A DNA stretch of 64,000 nucleotides from an uncultured virus (IMG/VR IMGVR_UViG_3300027416_000239) (IMGVR_UViG_3300027416_000239), one strand, 5' to 3'; positions 1-8,955 are shown, numbered from the stretch's first letter. Notes: generated by a model from the letters alone, not told the origin. Made by a program: numbers and translations.

Positions 1-153
1 GTCATCATCTGCTTCATCCCATAGCACATAGGGGCTAATGCTGTCGTTTTCATCTACAGTACCCAAACTTCCATACACGACACCATCATCTCCAACTTCT
101 CTAATGTAGCGAACTCGGTCGCCTTTCTTAAATTTTGCCATTTTGTTTTTCAT
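1..153 (-). CDS. Hypothetical protein (partial, runs off window start)
   Basis: Hand-translated: MKNKMAKFKKGDRVRYIREVGDDGVVYGSLGTV..., with no stop before position 1. Confidence 0.55.
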   Translation of the reverse strand, partial: MKNKMAKFKKGDRVRYIREVGDDGVVYGSLGTVDENDSISPYVLWDEADDD

Positions 154-189
154 TTCTCTTTGGTGTTAAAGGTTTCTAAATATAAGAAC

Positions 190-375
190 TTATTCTCGAT
201 TATCCAACTCCTCATTCAACTCTTCTATCTCGTCGATACGTTCTTTCAGGAAGCGAATCATCTGTTTGCGAGCTCTTTCGTCTCGCATGTTCTCAGCTTC
301 TTCCCAAATGTTGTCAAAGCAGTCGATCAAATCGTTAAACGTATTCTCAAATCGACAGTAGCTCATATTTGCCAT
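190..375 (-). CDS. Small phage hypothetical protein
   Basis: 61-aa ORF preceded by the conserved promoter and AAAGGTT-ATG leader. Confidence 0.75.
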   Translation of the reverse strand: MANMSYCRFENTFNDLIDCFDNIWEEAENMRDERARKQMIRFLKERIDEIEELNEELDNRE

Positions 376-432
376 AACCTTTATTTTTATTATTGATATC
401 TAAATATACGAACGAGAGTTCAGACTAGCAAC
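376..432 (-). promoter_or_regulatory. Early-type promoter and leader (TTG-N20-TATATTTA...TAAAGGTT-ATG)
   Basis: TTG at 431-429 and TATATTTA at 408-401 with a 20-nt spacer; resembles the Bacteroidetes TTG...TAnnTTTG consensus. Confidence 0.75.
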
Positions 433-495
433 TATTTCTTTTTAACTTTAGTGAAGTCTGGGACACTGATTGGTCCGAAGTCTGTGAAGATAGTC

Positions 496-723
496 TTACT
501 CAGCATAGATCTTCTCTACAATCTCTGTTTGTGACTCGATAGGGAAGAAGACTCCTCCACTAGACAGCGTCAATACTGTCTTGTAGTTCAACTCTTTAGC
601 GATGTGAGCTTCAACAGCCTCGATCGACACAATGTGATCTACATTGATGATTGTCAAGCGTCCAACCAGCTCTTCAACACCAACTGGATCACGCATGTCT
701 TTGATAGTAATAAACTTGTTCAT
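496..723 (-). CDS. Hypothetical protein
   Basis: 75-aa ORF with the conserved promoter/leader. Confidence 0.7.
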   Translation of the reverse strand: MNKFITIKDMRDPVGVEELVGRLTIINVDHIVSIEAVEAHIAKELNYKTVLTLSSGGVFFPIESQTEIVEKIYAE

Positions 724-785
724 AACCTTTATCTTTATTAATTATTGATATCTAAATATAGGAACTATCTCTTAAGGAGGCAACT
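724..785 (-). promoter_or_regulatory. Early-type promoter copy
   Basis: TTG 783-781, TATATTTA 760-753, 20-nt spacer; TTCCGGAA at 802-809. Confidence 0.75.
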
Positions 786-926
786 CTTTTTTAAACTTTC
801 TTTCCGGAAAGTGTAATTTATACTCGATCTAAATAACCCAGGAGAGCCGGCATAAGCCAGCTGTCCCTTCGATCAATAAATAAAGGTACCGGTGTATTGA
901 CGGCCCTACCGGCAGGCTGTATATTT

Positions 927-1082
927 TTAGTCGTTCCACTTCATGAACTCACATCCGAATTCTTCTGACTCAACATAGACTGTATCGTTACAAGGTAACC
1001 AGTCAGCATAGTTCCTAGCTATCTCGTAGTCGGTAAAGTGACCAACCACCTGGCCCTTCACCTTAACATAGTATTTGATCAT
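927..1082 (-). CDS. Small hypothetical protein (51 aa, not in ORF track)
   Basis: Hand-translated MIKYYVKVKGQVVGHFTDYEIARNYADWLPC...; abuts the upstream gene. Confidence 0.6.
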   Translation of the reverse strand: MIKYYVKVKGQVVGHFTDYEIARNYADWLPCNDTVYVESEEFGCEFMKWND

Positions 1083-1084
1083 CC

Positions 1085-1327
1085 TTATACGTTCCGGATC
1101 TTATCACCATCGATGACTACAACCTCGTCACCGTAACGTACTACCTTAACCTTCTTCTTCTCAAAGGAAGCAAAGATACCTACAAAGCCTCCGAACAAGA
1201 GCATAAAACAAACTAGCATTTCGTTTAGAGAATCAGCCATAATAGAAGTAGCAAATCCAAACATCGTAGCTACACCCAAACCAATACAACCTAAACTTGC
1301 TAACAAGAAACCAACATTAACTTTCAT
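1085..1327 (-). CDS. Small membrane protein (2 TM)
   Basis: Two hydrophobic segments; conserved promoter/leader. Confidence 0.7.
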   Translation of the reverse strand: MKVNVGFLLASLGCIGLGVATMFGFATSIMADSLNEMLVCFMLLFGGFVGIFASFEKKKVKVVRYGDEVVVIDGDKIRNV

Positions 1328-1384
1328 AACCTTTATTTTTATTTAACTTGATAAATATAAGAACTAAATCTCGATTAGACAACT
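1328..1384 (-). promoter_or_regulatory. Early-type promoter copy
   Basis: TTG 1382-1380, TATATTTA 1359-1352. Confidence 0.75.
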
Positions 1385-1389
1385 ACTAG

Positions 1390-1887
1390 TTAAAGTTTTT
1401 TTGTTGCAGCTTCAAACGCCATATCCAATTTGAACTGAAGGAAAGACAAGATATCTGACTTATCGAATAATCCTTCTTCATTCAAATCGCTAACCAAATT
1501 CCGGACAACAGAATTGAAGATTTGGTCATTAGCGATTCGGATCATCCCATCCATGTATTCAAATGCCTGAGATTCATCTTCTTCATCAAATGAAATCAAC
1601 TCAGTGATGTAACGCGGGTAATTGTAACCCTGGGTATCAACCAAGAAAAATCCATCGTCGTTTTTGAAGATAAAGAATTGCTGATTTCCATCCAAGTTAT
1701 CGATTTCCATCAAGTCATTTCGACCATCAACGTAAAGAATCGGGAAAGTGCGAATTGCATCTTTTACTTCCTGATCCAATTCATTGAACCAAGTATTGTT
1801 TGCTTCTGAAAAGTAATTCGCTTTGCGTGCGTAATTCAGTGAAACGAGTTTTTCGTAAACTTGAGTTGAGAGTTGCTGTGGAGTCAT
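1390..1887 (-). CDS. Acidic hypothetical protein; C-terminus paralogous to 1942..2127
   Basis: 165 aa; LNEEGLFDKSDILSFLQFKL resembles LLNEGFDEDDILEFLESKV. Confidence 0.7.
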   Translation of the reverse strand: MTPQQLSTQVYEKLVSLNYARKANYFSEANNTWFNELDQEVKDAIRTFPILYVDGRNDLMEIDNLDGNQQFFIFKNDDGFFLVDTQGYNYPRYITELISFDEEDESQAFEYMDGMIRIANDQIFNSVVRNLVSDLNEEGLFDKSDILSFLQFKLDMAFEAATKKL

Positions 1888-1942
1888 AACCTTTATTTTT
1901 TATTGATAACTAAATATAAGAACTAAATTTCGAATAGGCAAC
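1888..1942 (-). promoter_or_regulatory. Early-type promoter copy
   Basis: TTG 1941-1939, TATATTTA 1918-1911. Confidence 0.75.
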
Positions 1943-2127
1943 TATTTTTTAACTAATTTCAAAGTATTTTCAAAAGCAGTTCGAACTTTACTTTCCAGAA
2001 ATTCTAGAATATCATCTTCATCGAATCCTTCGTTAAGCAGTTCTAGAGTAATTCCTTCAACTCCTTCTGCTAGTTGCTCCCCGTGGATGCGGAAGACCAA
2101 ACCTTCCATCATTTCAAAATTTGTCAT
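1942..2127 (-). CDS. Small acidic hypothetical protein
   Basis: 61 aa with own promoter. Confidence 0.7.
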   Translation of the reverse strand: MTNFEMMEGLVFRIHGEQLAEGVEGITLELLNEGFDEDDILEFLESKVRTAFENTLKLVKK

Positions 2128-2193
2128 AACCTTTATTTTTATTGATATCTAAATATAGGAACTATTTTTCAAAGTACCAACTACTTTCCGGAA
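2128..2193 (-). promoter_or_regulatory. Early-type promoter copy with TTCCGGAA palindrome
   Basis: TTG 2180-2178, TATATTTA 2157-2150, TTCCGGAA 2186-2193. Confidence 0.75.
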
Positions 2194-2213
2194 AAAGTTA
2201 AAAAAGTTTTGAG

Positions 2214-2519
2214 CTAGAAGACCAGCGCTGTTACTGCATCTTCCAACTCTTCGTTGATAATGTCTTCCAACTCTACAGCCAACTCTTGCTTTAAAATTTC
2301 TTCTTCTGTAAAGCCAGGTCCAGAAAGTGCAATCGTATCCCAGAGCATAACCAGAAGGTCTCGGCGATCCATCTGACCCTGGAAGGTAAAGTCCTTGTAA
2401 TCAACATGGAAGTCAAATCGAGCACCATCATCGTTTGAGATGCTGTAAGCATTGAACTTTTCTACTAGAGTGTTAAGAGCTGTCTTAACTTTCAATCGGC
2501 GTTGTTCTGTCTTGTTCAT
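2214..2519 (-). CDS. Hypothetical protein
   Basis: 101 aa with own promoter (2520-2576). Confidence 0.7.
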   Translation of the reverse strand: MNKTEQRRLKVKTALNTLVEKFNAYSISNDDGARFDFHVDYKDFTFQGQMDRRDLLVMLWDTIALSGPGFTEEEILKQELAVELEDIINEELEDAVTALVF

Positions 2520-2579
2520 AACCTTTATTTCTTTATTGATATCTAAATATAAGAACTAAATCTCAATTGAGCAACTTTT

Positions 2580-2741
2580 TTAATGACCTTCCCAAAATAA
2601 ATCTGCCAAAGTAACTCCAGTCTTCTTTCCATTCTTTAACAAATCATAATTCGGATCCATTCCGGAAGCCAAAACATCCTCCATTAATTCTTGAGCTGTA
2701 GAGAATTCCTTTTTGTAGTAAGAGCAATCGAGTGAGTACAT
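2580..2741 (-). CDS. Small hypothetical protein (53 aa, not in ORF track)
   Basis: Hand-translated MYSLDCSYYKKEFSTAQELMEDVLASGMDPNY...; own promoter at 2742-2797. Confidence 0.7.
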   Translation of the reverse strand: MYSLDCSYYKKEFSTAQELMEDVLASGMDPNYDLLKNGKKTGVTLADLFWEGH

Positions 2742-2914
2742 AACCTTTTCTTTTTATTGATAACTAAATATAGGAAGAACTTTTTTAAGCTCCAACTAAA
2801 AAAAAAGTTTTTTTTCCGAAACTTTGTTCCTATATTAAGGGTGTTGATAAGGATGACGGGCCTGAAGTTGAGATACCTTCGGAAGAGTAGACGGGCCGGT
2901 ACGCGATAGTCTAG

Positions 2915-2983
2915 ACTTAAAGCATCACTTTAACTTAAAGCTTTACTTTAACTATATACTCCACTTAAAGTGTTACTTTAACT
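2915..2983. repeat. Tandem ~18-bp repeats (ACTTAAAGCTTTACTTTA-like)
   Basis: About 3 degenerate copies here; more at 3329-3366 and 3519-3555. Confidence 0.75.
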
Positions 2984-3326
2984 AAGATAGAGCTTCTAGT
3001 ATGAAATCCTCTCTGCCCTGGCTCCATTGTCTAAGCTCCTTGACCCCTGATACCTTCTCGTATATACTACAGTCCTTCTTCCCCAATGCCGTTAATAGCT
3101 TCTCTTCATATGCCAAAGCCTCCTGCTGGGTATCAAACTCCTTCTCTGCTGCAATAGTAATCTTGCCAAAGAGAGCCCGGTAGGAAAGATCACCCTCTAG
3201 CCTCTCATTCACATCCAATCTATACTTTGCACTCTCTCTGGAATAACCAACCTTAATAAGTTTGCTATGAGAGATATTAGTACCCCTATAATGCTCCAGA
3301 ATAATACAATAGACTACATACTTCAT
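2982..3326 (-). CDS. GIY-YIG/T5orf172-like nuclease domain protein
   Basis: YVVY...IKVGYS...R...ALAYEEKL...G-x-x-E pattern. Confidence 0.55.
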   Translation of the reverse strand: MKYVVYCIILEHYRGTNISHSKLIKVGYSRESAKYRLDVNERLEGDLSYRALFGKITIAAEKEFDTQQEALAYEEKLLTALGKKDCSIYEKVSGVKELRQWSQGREDFILEALS

Positions 3327-3372
3327 ATACTTAAAGCTTTACTTTAACTTAAATCTTTGCTTTAACATACCA

Positions 3373-3473
3373 ACGGACGACTGGCCTGACGGTTGCCTGG
3401 ACGGTTGGCTCTGACGGTTTGCTAACGGTTTTCTATTCACGGACGGTTTTCGGACGGTTTGCTATGGACGGTT
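3373..3473. repeat. Iteron-like array of (G)ACGGTT
   Basis: 7 copies of ACGGTT in 3389-3473 at 11-18-bp spacing, in non-coding DNA. Confidence 0.75.
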
Positions 3474-3637
3474 TTCTCTATATAGGAAAGTTTCCGGAAG
3501 GGAGAGGCACATGCCTGTACTTCAATCTTTACTTTAACTTCAATCATTCCTTTAAGTCCCCACACCATACCGCTTTCTATATCTCTATATCCATCTATCC
3601 ATATATGATTATATACGCAACGGTTTTCTTACAATCT

Positions 3638-3964
3638 TCACTTCCGTCTTATCTGCTTACGTTTTAGCTTAATGAGAGAAAGGAGATCAATAGCAGACTG
3701 CTTAGTTTCCTGCTTAGTTAGATGGGAGGTAAGGTAGAAGTTTAACATAAGTCTCTCATAATTTTCTATCATCCTCAGACATACCTCCAGCTGTTCCTCC
3801 GAGGTACATGATACTATGGATTTAGTAATCTTGCTATAGGCTTTGGCTCTCTTGGCTTTAAACCCCGGCTCATTTAACCCCTTATCTTTCATATCCGGAT
3901 TCATTAGATTGTCTACATTCTCTTCTAATAGAGCGTATAATGCACCTATCGGTCCTATTGACAT
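3638..3964 (-). CDS. Hypothetical protein
   Basis: Likely start MSIGPIG at 3964. Confidence 0.6.
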   Translation of the reverse strand: MSIGPIGALYALLEENVDNLMNPDMKDKGLNEPGFKAKRAKAYSKITKSIVSCTSEEQLEVCLRMIENYERLMLNFYLTSHLTKQETKQSAIDLLSLIKLKRKQIRRK

Positions 3965-3968
3965 ATTA

Positions 3969-4109
3969 TTAGTCTTCATCTGAGAAATCTTCATAGTCAT
4001 CATAATGATACCCATTCCCATTACCCCCATTCCTACTCTCACTCCCTTCATAGCTTCCGTAGTTCCGGAAGAAAGGATCCTCGTTTAAGCTGCTTATTGT
4101 CTTTGTCAT
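3969..4109 (-). CDS. Small acidic hypothetical protein (46 aa)
   Basis: Hand-translated MTKTISSLNEDPFFRNYG...DFSDED; tiles the gap between genes. Confidence 0.4.
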   Translation of the reverse strand: MTKTISSLNEDPFFRNYGSYEGSESRNGGNGNGYHYDDYEDFSDED

Positions 4110-4217
4110 GTTTATGAGTAGTTACGTGATTTGTCTCTTCTAAATCTAGATTCTTTCTCAAGGCCGGAGGCCTTTGTTGGCTCTCCTTTATCCTTTCGGT
4201 AGGAAAGGTCCGGAGAT

Positions 4218-4277
4218 ATGCGCGTGGCACCTTCGGTGCGAGAGGAGGAAACGCCCCCCTGCTCGCCCCTCGGCCTT
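4218..4277 (-). ncRNA. Candidate structured GC-rich element, copy 1
   Basis: Closely similar to 40635-40697; hairpins with a compensatory change. Confidence 0.5.
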
Positions 4278-4286
4278 TTCTCTTCT

Positions 4287-5057
4287 TTATGCTGCGACAT
4301 ACTTGTTAGCTTCTTTAAGGAAGTTCTCTACATTCACTGCACGTACTGTCTCTTCACGTACATTTAATCGCTCGTTTCCGTTGAAGTCTTTCCACTTCTG
4401 AGTGATCTCTACTTTCAAGCTCTTACCGCTAGCAGTCTGTCCTACTACCTTTAGGTTGGTTACATTATTAACCTCACCGTCAAAGCGAATAGTCAACTTA
4501 GGCTGCTTCCAGTACTCTTCCGGAAGATCAAAGCTAACACCTTCTGCACTCTTAAGCTTCTCTAATGCCTGCTCTTTCTCTTTAGCTACAGCTGCCTGCG
4601 ACAACTCTTGGATAGCGCGATTCAATTCACGAACCTCTTCGTTAGCAGCTACTAGAATCTCTTTGTGAGCATCTTTGATAGACTCTACAGCCACAATAGC
4701 CTGATCCTTAACCTTCTCTGCTACTTGAGCAAATTTACCAATCAAGATAGCGCTCACTACATCGCTGGTAGAGTAGCTTGAGAACTCAGCCTTCATAGGC
4801 TCGTCGTACCACTTCTGGAAGCGAATATCAGCTGGATTACGGAAGTAATCTTCTTTGTTTACTTTCAAAGATACTCGGGACTCAGTAACTTCTAACTCTA
4901 CTCCTTCCTGGATAAGACCGATCTCCTTAGCAGGTCCTTCAAAGAGGCTCTTAAGAGCTGCCTCCATTTCCATATCTCGCTTGTCAGTCAATAACTTCAA
5001 AGCCTCTTCTTTCTCGTTGCGAACCAGTTCCAATTGTGCGATAGCTGTCATACTCAT
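4287..5057 (-). CDS. Coiled-coil-rich hypothetical protein
   Basis: 256 aa; own promoter at 5058-5118. Confidence 0.75.
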   Translation of the reverse strand: MSMTAIAQLELVRNEKEEALKLLTDKRDMEMEAALKSLFEGPAKEIGLIQEGVELEVTESRVSLKVNKEDYFRNPADIRFQKWYDEPMKAEFSSYSTSDVVSAILIGKFAQVAEKVKDQAIVAVESIKDAHKEILVAANEEVRELNRAIQELSQAAVAKEKEQALEKLKSAEGVSFDLPEEYWKQPKLTIRFDGEVNNVTNLKVVGQTASGKSLKVEITQKWKDFNGNERLNVREETVRAVNVENFLKEANKYVAA

Positions 5058-5099
5058 AACCTTTATTTCTTTCTTATTAACAAGTTAAATATACGAACT

Positions 5100-5525
5100 T
5101 TATCCTTTGTCTCCAACTTCTCCGGAAACTTTTTTAACATGTTTACATTTTTTATGAGCGATAAATCCCCAACAGTTACAACTTAGGTTGCCCATAGCAT
5201 TCCTACGAACTACATATTCCTTATCAGAACTATCGCTCTTGAAGTTCCACTTCTGAGGTTTCTCTTTCGGCTCTTCTGGAGCTTCATAGTAGCAGTCCTT
5301 TATAGTTGTTTCCGGAAGTACTTCTACCCAGTCAGGAGTCAGATACTTCTTTCCGTCTACAGGAGAGATAAACACTCCATGATAAGGACTTCTGGATTGA
5401 TATCGAAAGCGACTAACACCTATAAAAGGACCAAAGCCTTGACCTATAGTCAGAGCACCCTCAGAGTATACTATCCTACTTCTAAGCTGTCCATGTTTGT
5501 TTAGATTTGTAAACTTCCAAAGCAT
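5100..5525 (-). CDS. SWIM zinc-finger protein
   Basis: C-terminal CNC...CKH motif (SCNCWGFIAHKKCKH). Confidence 0.75.
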   Translation of the reverse strand: MLWKFTNLNKHGQLRSRIVYSEGALTIGQGFGPFIGVSRFRYQSRSPYHGVFISPVDGKKYLTPDWVEVLPETTIKDCYYEAPEEPKEKPQKWNFKSDSSDKEYVVRRNAMGNLSCNCWGFIAHKKCKHVKKVSGEVGDKG

Positions 5526-5526
5526 A

Positions 5527-5751
5527 TCAGAATCGACCTAGATGCAAATTAAACTCTCGCTCTTCCTGCTGGTATTGATCTTGAATGCGATTAACCTCTG
5601 CCATGATCTTAATCATATCCTGAGGTTCAATTGACCCGTAGGTCTCTTTCTGGCGTTGAGCAAAGTACTCTGCCTTTTGGTAATCACGACGTGCCAAGTG
5701 GTAGGCAACTTTTGGAAGGTAACCCTGAGGGTATCGATCTGTTTTATTCAT
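5527..5751 (-). CDS. Hypothetical protein
   Basis: 74 aa; own promoter at 5752-5815. Confidence 0.7.
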   Translation of the reverse strand: MNKTDRYPQGYLPKVAYHLARRDYQKAEYFAQRQKETYGSIEPQDMIKIMAEVNRIQDQYQQEEREFNLHLGRF

Positions 5752-5964
5752 AACCTTTATTTCTTTAACTTGTTAAAGATACGAACTAATCTCTTAGGAG
5801 ACAACTCTTCCGGAAAGATTATTCGAATGTGTGACGCACTCTATCCGCCCAAGCATTTGTATAAGCTTCTTCTTCCAGATGAACCTTGTACCACTCCTCT
5901 CGAGTTACTCCCATCTGCTGGAGCTCTTCATCACTCCATATCGCATCAAATTCCTTTCGAGTCA

Positions 5965-6711
5965 TTATTCTTCAGTTGAGTTTAGAGATTCAGTATGAGT
6001 CCACATTACCTGATTCTGTCCAGCCAAGCTGAAGAAGAACTTATTAGATTCTCCTCCGCGGCGATTCTTAGAGAAGTACATGTAACGTCCTCCTTCTTTG
6101 TTGAAGCGGATGTGAAACATTCCAGTAGTCATATGCTTGATACGATTGCTACCGGCAAAGCTTCCGTCCTTATTCACTTGCTGGATAACCAGGAATGAAG
6201 TATTGTTCTCTCCTTTGTTAAGACCTTTGTTGTGAGTCTCCATGAGGTTTAGCATCCAGTTATCAATCTTCTTCTTAGAAGCGTAGCCTGGAGCACCATC
6301 AGCAACTACCTCAGTTACTTCAGCCCATGAGTCAATCAACACAACATCAAAGCCTTCCTGAAGGACATTCTCGATAACTTGCTGTGGCTTATTGTCAACG
6401 TGGTCGCCCAAGAACAAGATAGGTAACTTTCCAAACTTAGGGAAGCGCTTAACGTAACCGTACATGTCGATGGCATTCATCTCTCCGGAGATAAACAAAA
6501 CCTTCTTACCTTCCTTCTGGAGATCAGAGAGAATGTCAAGCAAGACAGTAGACTTACCCACACCAGGGTCACCGGTAACAACTAGATTGGTTCCAGGCAT
6601 GATGCCTCCTTCGCTTGAGAATAAGCGATCAACCATTCGACGGGTCTTCATAGGACGAAACAGATCACCATTGAACTGCAAATCATCCATCTGTACTAAC
6701 AAACTCTTCAT
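5965..6711 (-). CDS. RadA/Sms-like (RecA-superfamily) ATPase
   Basis: Walker A GDPGVGKST, ISGEM, Walker B VVLIDS, KDGSFAG, KNR; start MKSLL after the conserved leader. Confidence 0.8.
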   Translation of the reverse strand: MKSLLVQMDDLQFNGDLFRPMKTRRMVDRLFSSEGGIMPGTNLVVTGDPGVGKSTVLLDILSDLQKEGKKVLFISGEMNAIDMYGYVKRFPKFGKLPILFLGDHVDNKPQQVIENVLQEGFDVVLIDSWAEVTEVVADGAPGYASKKKIDNWMLNLMETHNKGLNKGENNTSFLVIQQVNKDGSFAGSNRIKHMTTGMFHIRFNKEGGRYMYFSKNRRGGESNKFFFSLAGQNQVMWTHTESLNSTEE

Positions 6712-6928
6712 AACCTTTATCTTTTTTAACAAGTTAAAGATACGAACAAAAGCACGTACCTCCAACTCTTCCGGAAAAGTTTTCTAATAAAATCTCTCTA
6801 CTGCTCCGAAGGCATTACCCTTCTTACAGATCTTAACTGCGTAGGAAGTTGTTCCGACTTTACAAACCTCTTCCCAGACCTGCCCGTCGATACTAAATCG
6901 AACGGGAGGCCTTTTGAGAGATTTCTTC

Positions 6929-7771
6929 CTAGACATATTGGAGGGCTAGGTCAAAGAGTTGCTGATTAAGCTTGAGATCTTTCTCGAAGGATTTAATCTT
7001 ACGCACCTTACGAATCTTAGCACCTTGAAGTGCACCCTGGAAGCCTCCTTGAGTGATAGCTTCTTGAACTCGATTGAAGGTAACCCAGAGATCATTTCCG
7101 GCATCTTCTGCTCGTTGAGTCTCAAGAATGTTCTCAAGAACCTCATCGGCAATCTTAACCTCCTTAGCCTGCTCAGACTCTAGAGCGATGCCTTGACGTA
7201 GCAAGAAAGCTTTGAACGCCAAATCCTTCTGCTGCTTCTCAGTCAACTCAACACTCTTCATAGTATTGATAACCTCTACCTTTTTAGGCAGCTCCTCAAC
7301 AGCATTAGTAATCAATTGCTGGAGATCTTCAAACGAGTAACCCATGTGACGGATCTTGAAGCTAGCAAACTCCTCATCAGCAATTACCAATCCATTACTA
7401 CATACCAAACGATACAAGCCCATCATGAACTTAAACGATTGAGTACCGTCGTGAGAGTTAGTCAAGATGATTTGCGGGAAGACATCATCACCTTCGTTAC
7501 CTTTAATAATCAGATTAGGATTCTGAAACTTAATCATATGCTTAGAAAACATAGAAGTCTTTCCGGCACGTCCTCGACGCTGCGCTGCCTGGACGGGTTC
7601 CCAGCCCATCGACATTAAGTCTTCAATCACACGACTCGTAGGAACGTGGACGTACTTATCAGATACTGGACGGGTTGGTGCATCTAAGAAAGCAAATGGT
7701 ACTTCCTTCTTCAACTGATCGATAGTCATTACTTGATCAGCTTTGCTGTTTGAAATCATCATATCACTCAT
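6929..7771 (-). CDS. DUF932/DUF945-family phage/plasmid protein
   Basis: NSHDG, RLVCSNG, IRH and LWVTFNRVQE motifs. Confidence 0.85.
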   Translation of the reverse strand: MSDMMISNSKADQVMTIDQLKKEVPFAFLDAPTRPVSDKYVHVPTSRVIEDLMSMGWEPVQAAQRRGRAGKTSMFSKHMIKFQNPNLIIKGNEGDDVFPQIILTNSHDGTQSFKFMMGLYRLVCSNGLVIADEEFASFKIRHMGYSFEDLQQLITNAVEELPKKVEVINTMKSVELTEKQQKDLAFKAFLLRQGIALESEQAKEVKIADEVLENILETQRAEDAGNDLWVTFNRVQEAITQGGFQGALQGAKIRKVRKIKSFEKDLKLNQQLFDLALQYV

Positions 7772-7819
7772 AACACTTTTAACTTTTAATGATACTTAAA
7801 TATAGGAACTAAATTTCAG

Positions 7820-8053
7820 TTAGGCAACTATTCCTTGCTTTTTAGCAGTTAAGTAACTAATTATTTTTCCCGAATCATCTAGATACTTTCTCTTATGCTT
7901 TGGAAGCTTTTCATTTTCTTCCTCTAACTGCTCTTCTAAACTCTTAAAGTTTCGAGGATAAGATGAGTCAGTCCAGATTACAGAATTGTTTTGATTGGTG
8001 TAGTATGTAATCGTAACTCCTTCTTTGTCTGTACGACTGAATAGTTCTCTCAT
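7820..8053 (-). CDS. Hypothetical protein
   Basis: Operonic ORF. Confidence 0.6.
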   Translation of the reverse strand: MRELFSRTDKEGVTITYYTNQNNSVIWTDSSYPRNFKSLEEQLEEENEKLPKHKRKYLDDSGKIISYLTAKKQGIVA

Positions 8054-8349
8054 AGTAGGTCGGTTACTTCCTTCAACAGCTGGAAGGTATCAATTGCATC
8101 ATCAAAGCGTTCTGCTTCTTCGTAATGGTTCATACAATTGCTTAACGCTACAGGCCATTCTGAGATGGGTAACCCAATCTCAAAGTAATTATCATCTCCG
8201 TCAAAGGCTACCTCAAAGAGATCTGCATTGCGCTTCTTGGCTGTTACAGCTACTCGGATGCCGCCTGTGATTGCATCAGCTACTTCCAGGTTACGTCCTG
8301 TAAAGAATTGTTCGAATTGTTCTGCGGAGTCAAAGTTAAACTGTTTCAT
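8050..8349 (-). CDS. Hypothetical protein
   Basis: ATGA overlaps with neighbours. Confidence 0.7.
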   Translation of the reverse strand: MKQFNFDSAEQFEQFFTGRNLEVADAITGGIRVAVTAKKRNADLFEVAFDGDDNYFEIGLPISEWPVALSNCMNHYEEAERFDDAIDTFQLLKEVTDLL

Positions 8350-8621
8350 ATTTCAATAAATGTTAATGAGTTAGTCTTCTTAGCTCTCTTATTAGTTCCG
8401 TAGATGTAGAGAGGGCCTTCATATAAATAGGTTCGCATGGGTACCCAAGGGTTGCCCTTCTCCGTACGAGTAGGTTCGGTAATGCGTCTAGGTCCATCCC
8501 AACTCCGGAAACGTCCAGACGTAACCCGGTACCATTTTTCTCCATCGGAGCTAACTTCCAACACTCCTGAGGTGTTGAATGGGAATAGTAATTTCTCTAA
8601 ATGTCCTCTTTTCTCAGCCAT
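8346..8621 (-). CDS. Hypothetical protein
   Basis: Start MAEKRG at 8621. Confidence 0.65.
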   Translation of the reverse strand: MAEKRGHLEKLLFPFNTSGVLEVSSDGEKWYRVTSGRFRSWDGPRRITEPTRTEKGNPWVPMRTYLYEGPLYIYGTNKRAKKTNSLTFIEI

Positions 8622-8766
8622 TGTTATAAAGCATTTCAAGTCGAGCAGGTACTACCTTACTCATGTTACATTTATTACAGCAGCGCTCTTTCTCATTTAG
8701 AGCTAGAGGCCAAGGATTGTGACCAAAGTCATCAAGAGGCGCTCCACATAAACTACAATCTACCAT
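8614..8766 (-). CDS. Small zinc-ribbon protein
   Basis: CSLC...HNP...CCNKC; start after the AAAGGTT-ATG leader. Confidence 0.7.
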   Translation of the reverse strand: MVDCSLCGAPLDDFGHNPWPLALNEKERCCNKCNMSKVVPARLEMLYNNG

Positions 8767-8955
8767 AACCTTTATTCCTTTCTTATTCTTCTTCGTCGTT
8801 AAAGATAGTGAAAATATCTTTGTCAAGCAACTTTTCCCGAAGTTTATTATTATGTCTATCTTGCTCAAGAAGTTTATCAGCATGCTTCTTTAGAAGGTAT
8901 TGCTTATTTTTTTCCTGATCTAATTGAGGACGTTGACGCTTACGTGGTACCTTTT

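Noticed and set aside
830..925. GC-richer intergenic patch as an ncRNA
   Set aside because: Only short imperfect stems and no second copy found
3373..3555. Short repeats as a CRISPR array
   Set aside because: Repeats are 6-18 bp with no unique 30-40-bp spacers, and no cas operon is present; the Cas4-like nuclease at 23861 is a common stand-alone phage exonuclease
4218..4277. Glycine riboswitch (contains CACCGAAGG)
   Set aside because: Lacks the GGAGA and CUCAGG conserved segments and has no glycine-related gene downstream
4048..4300. ORFs 4048..4230 and 4112..4300
   Set aside because: They overlap each other and the GC-rich repeated element, which explains the open frames; coding is not supported
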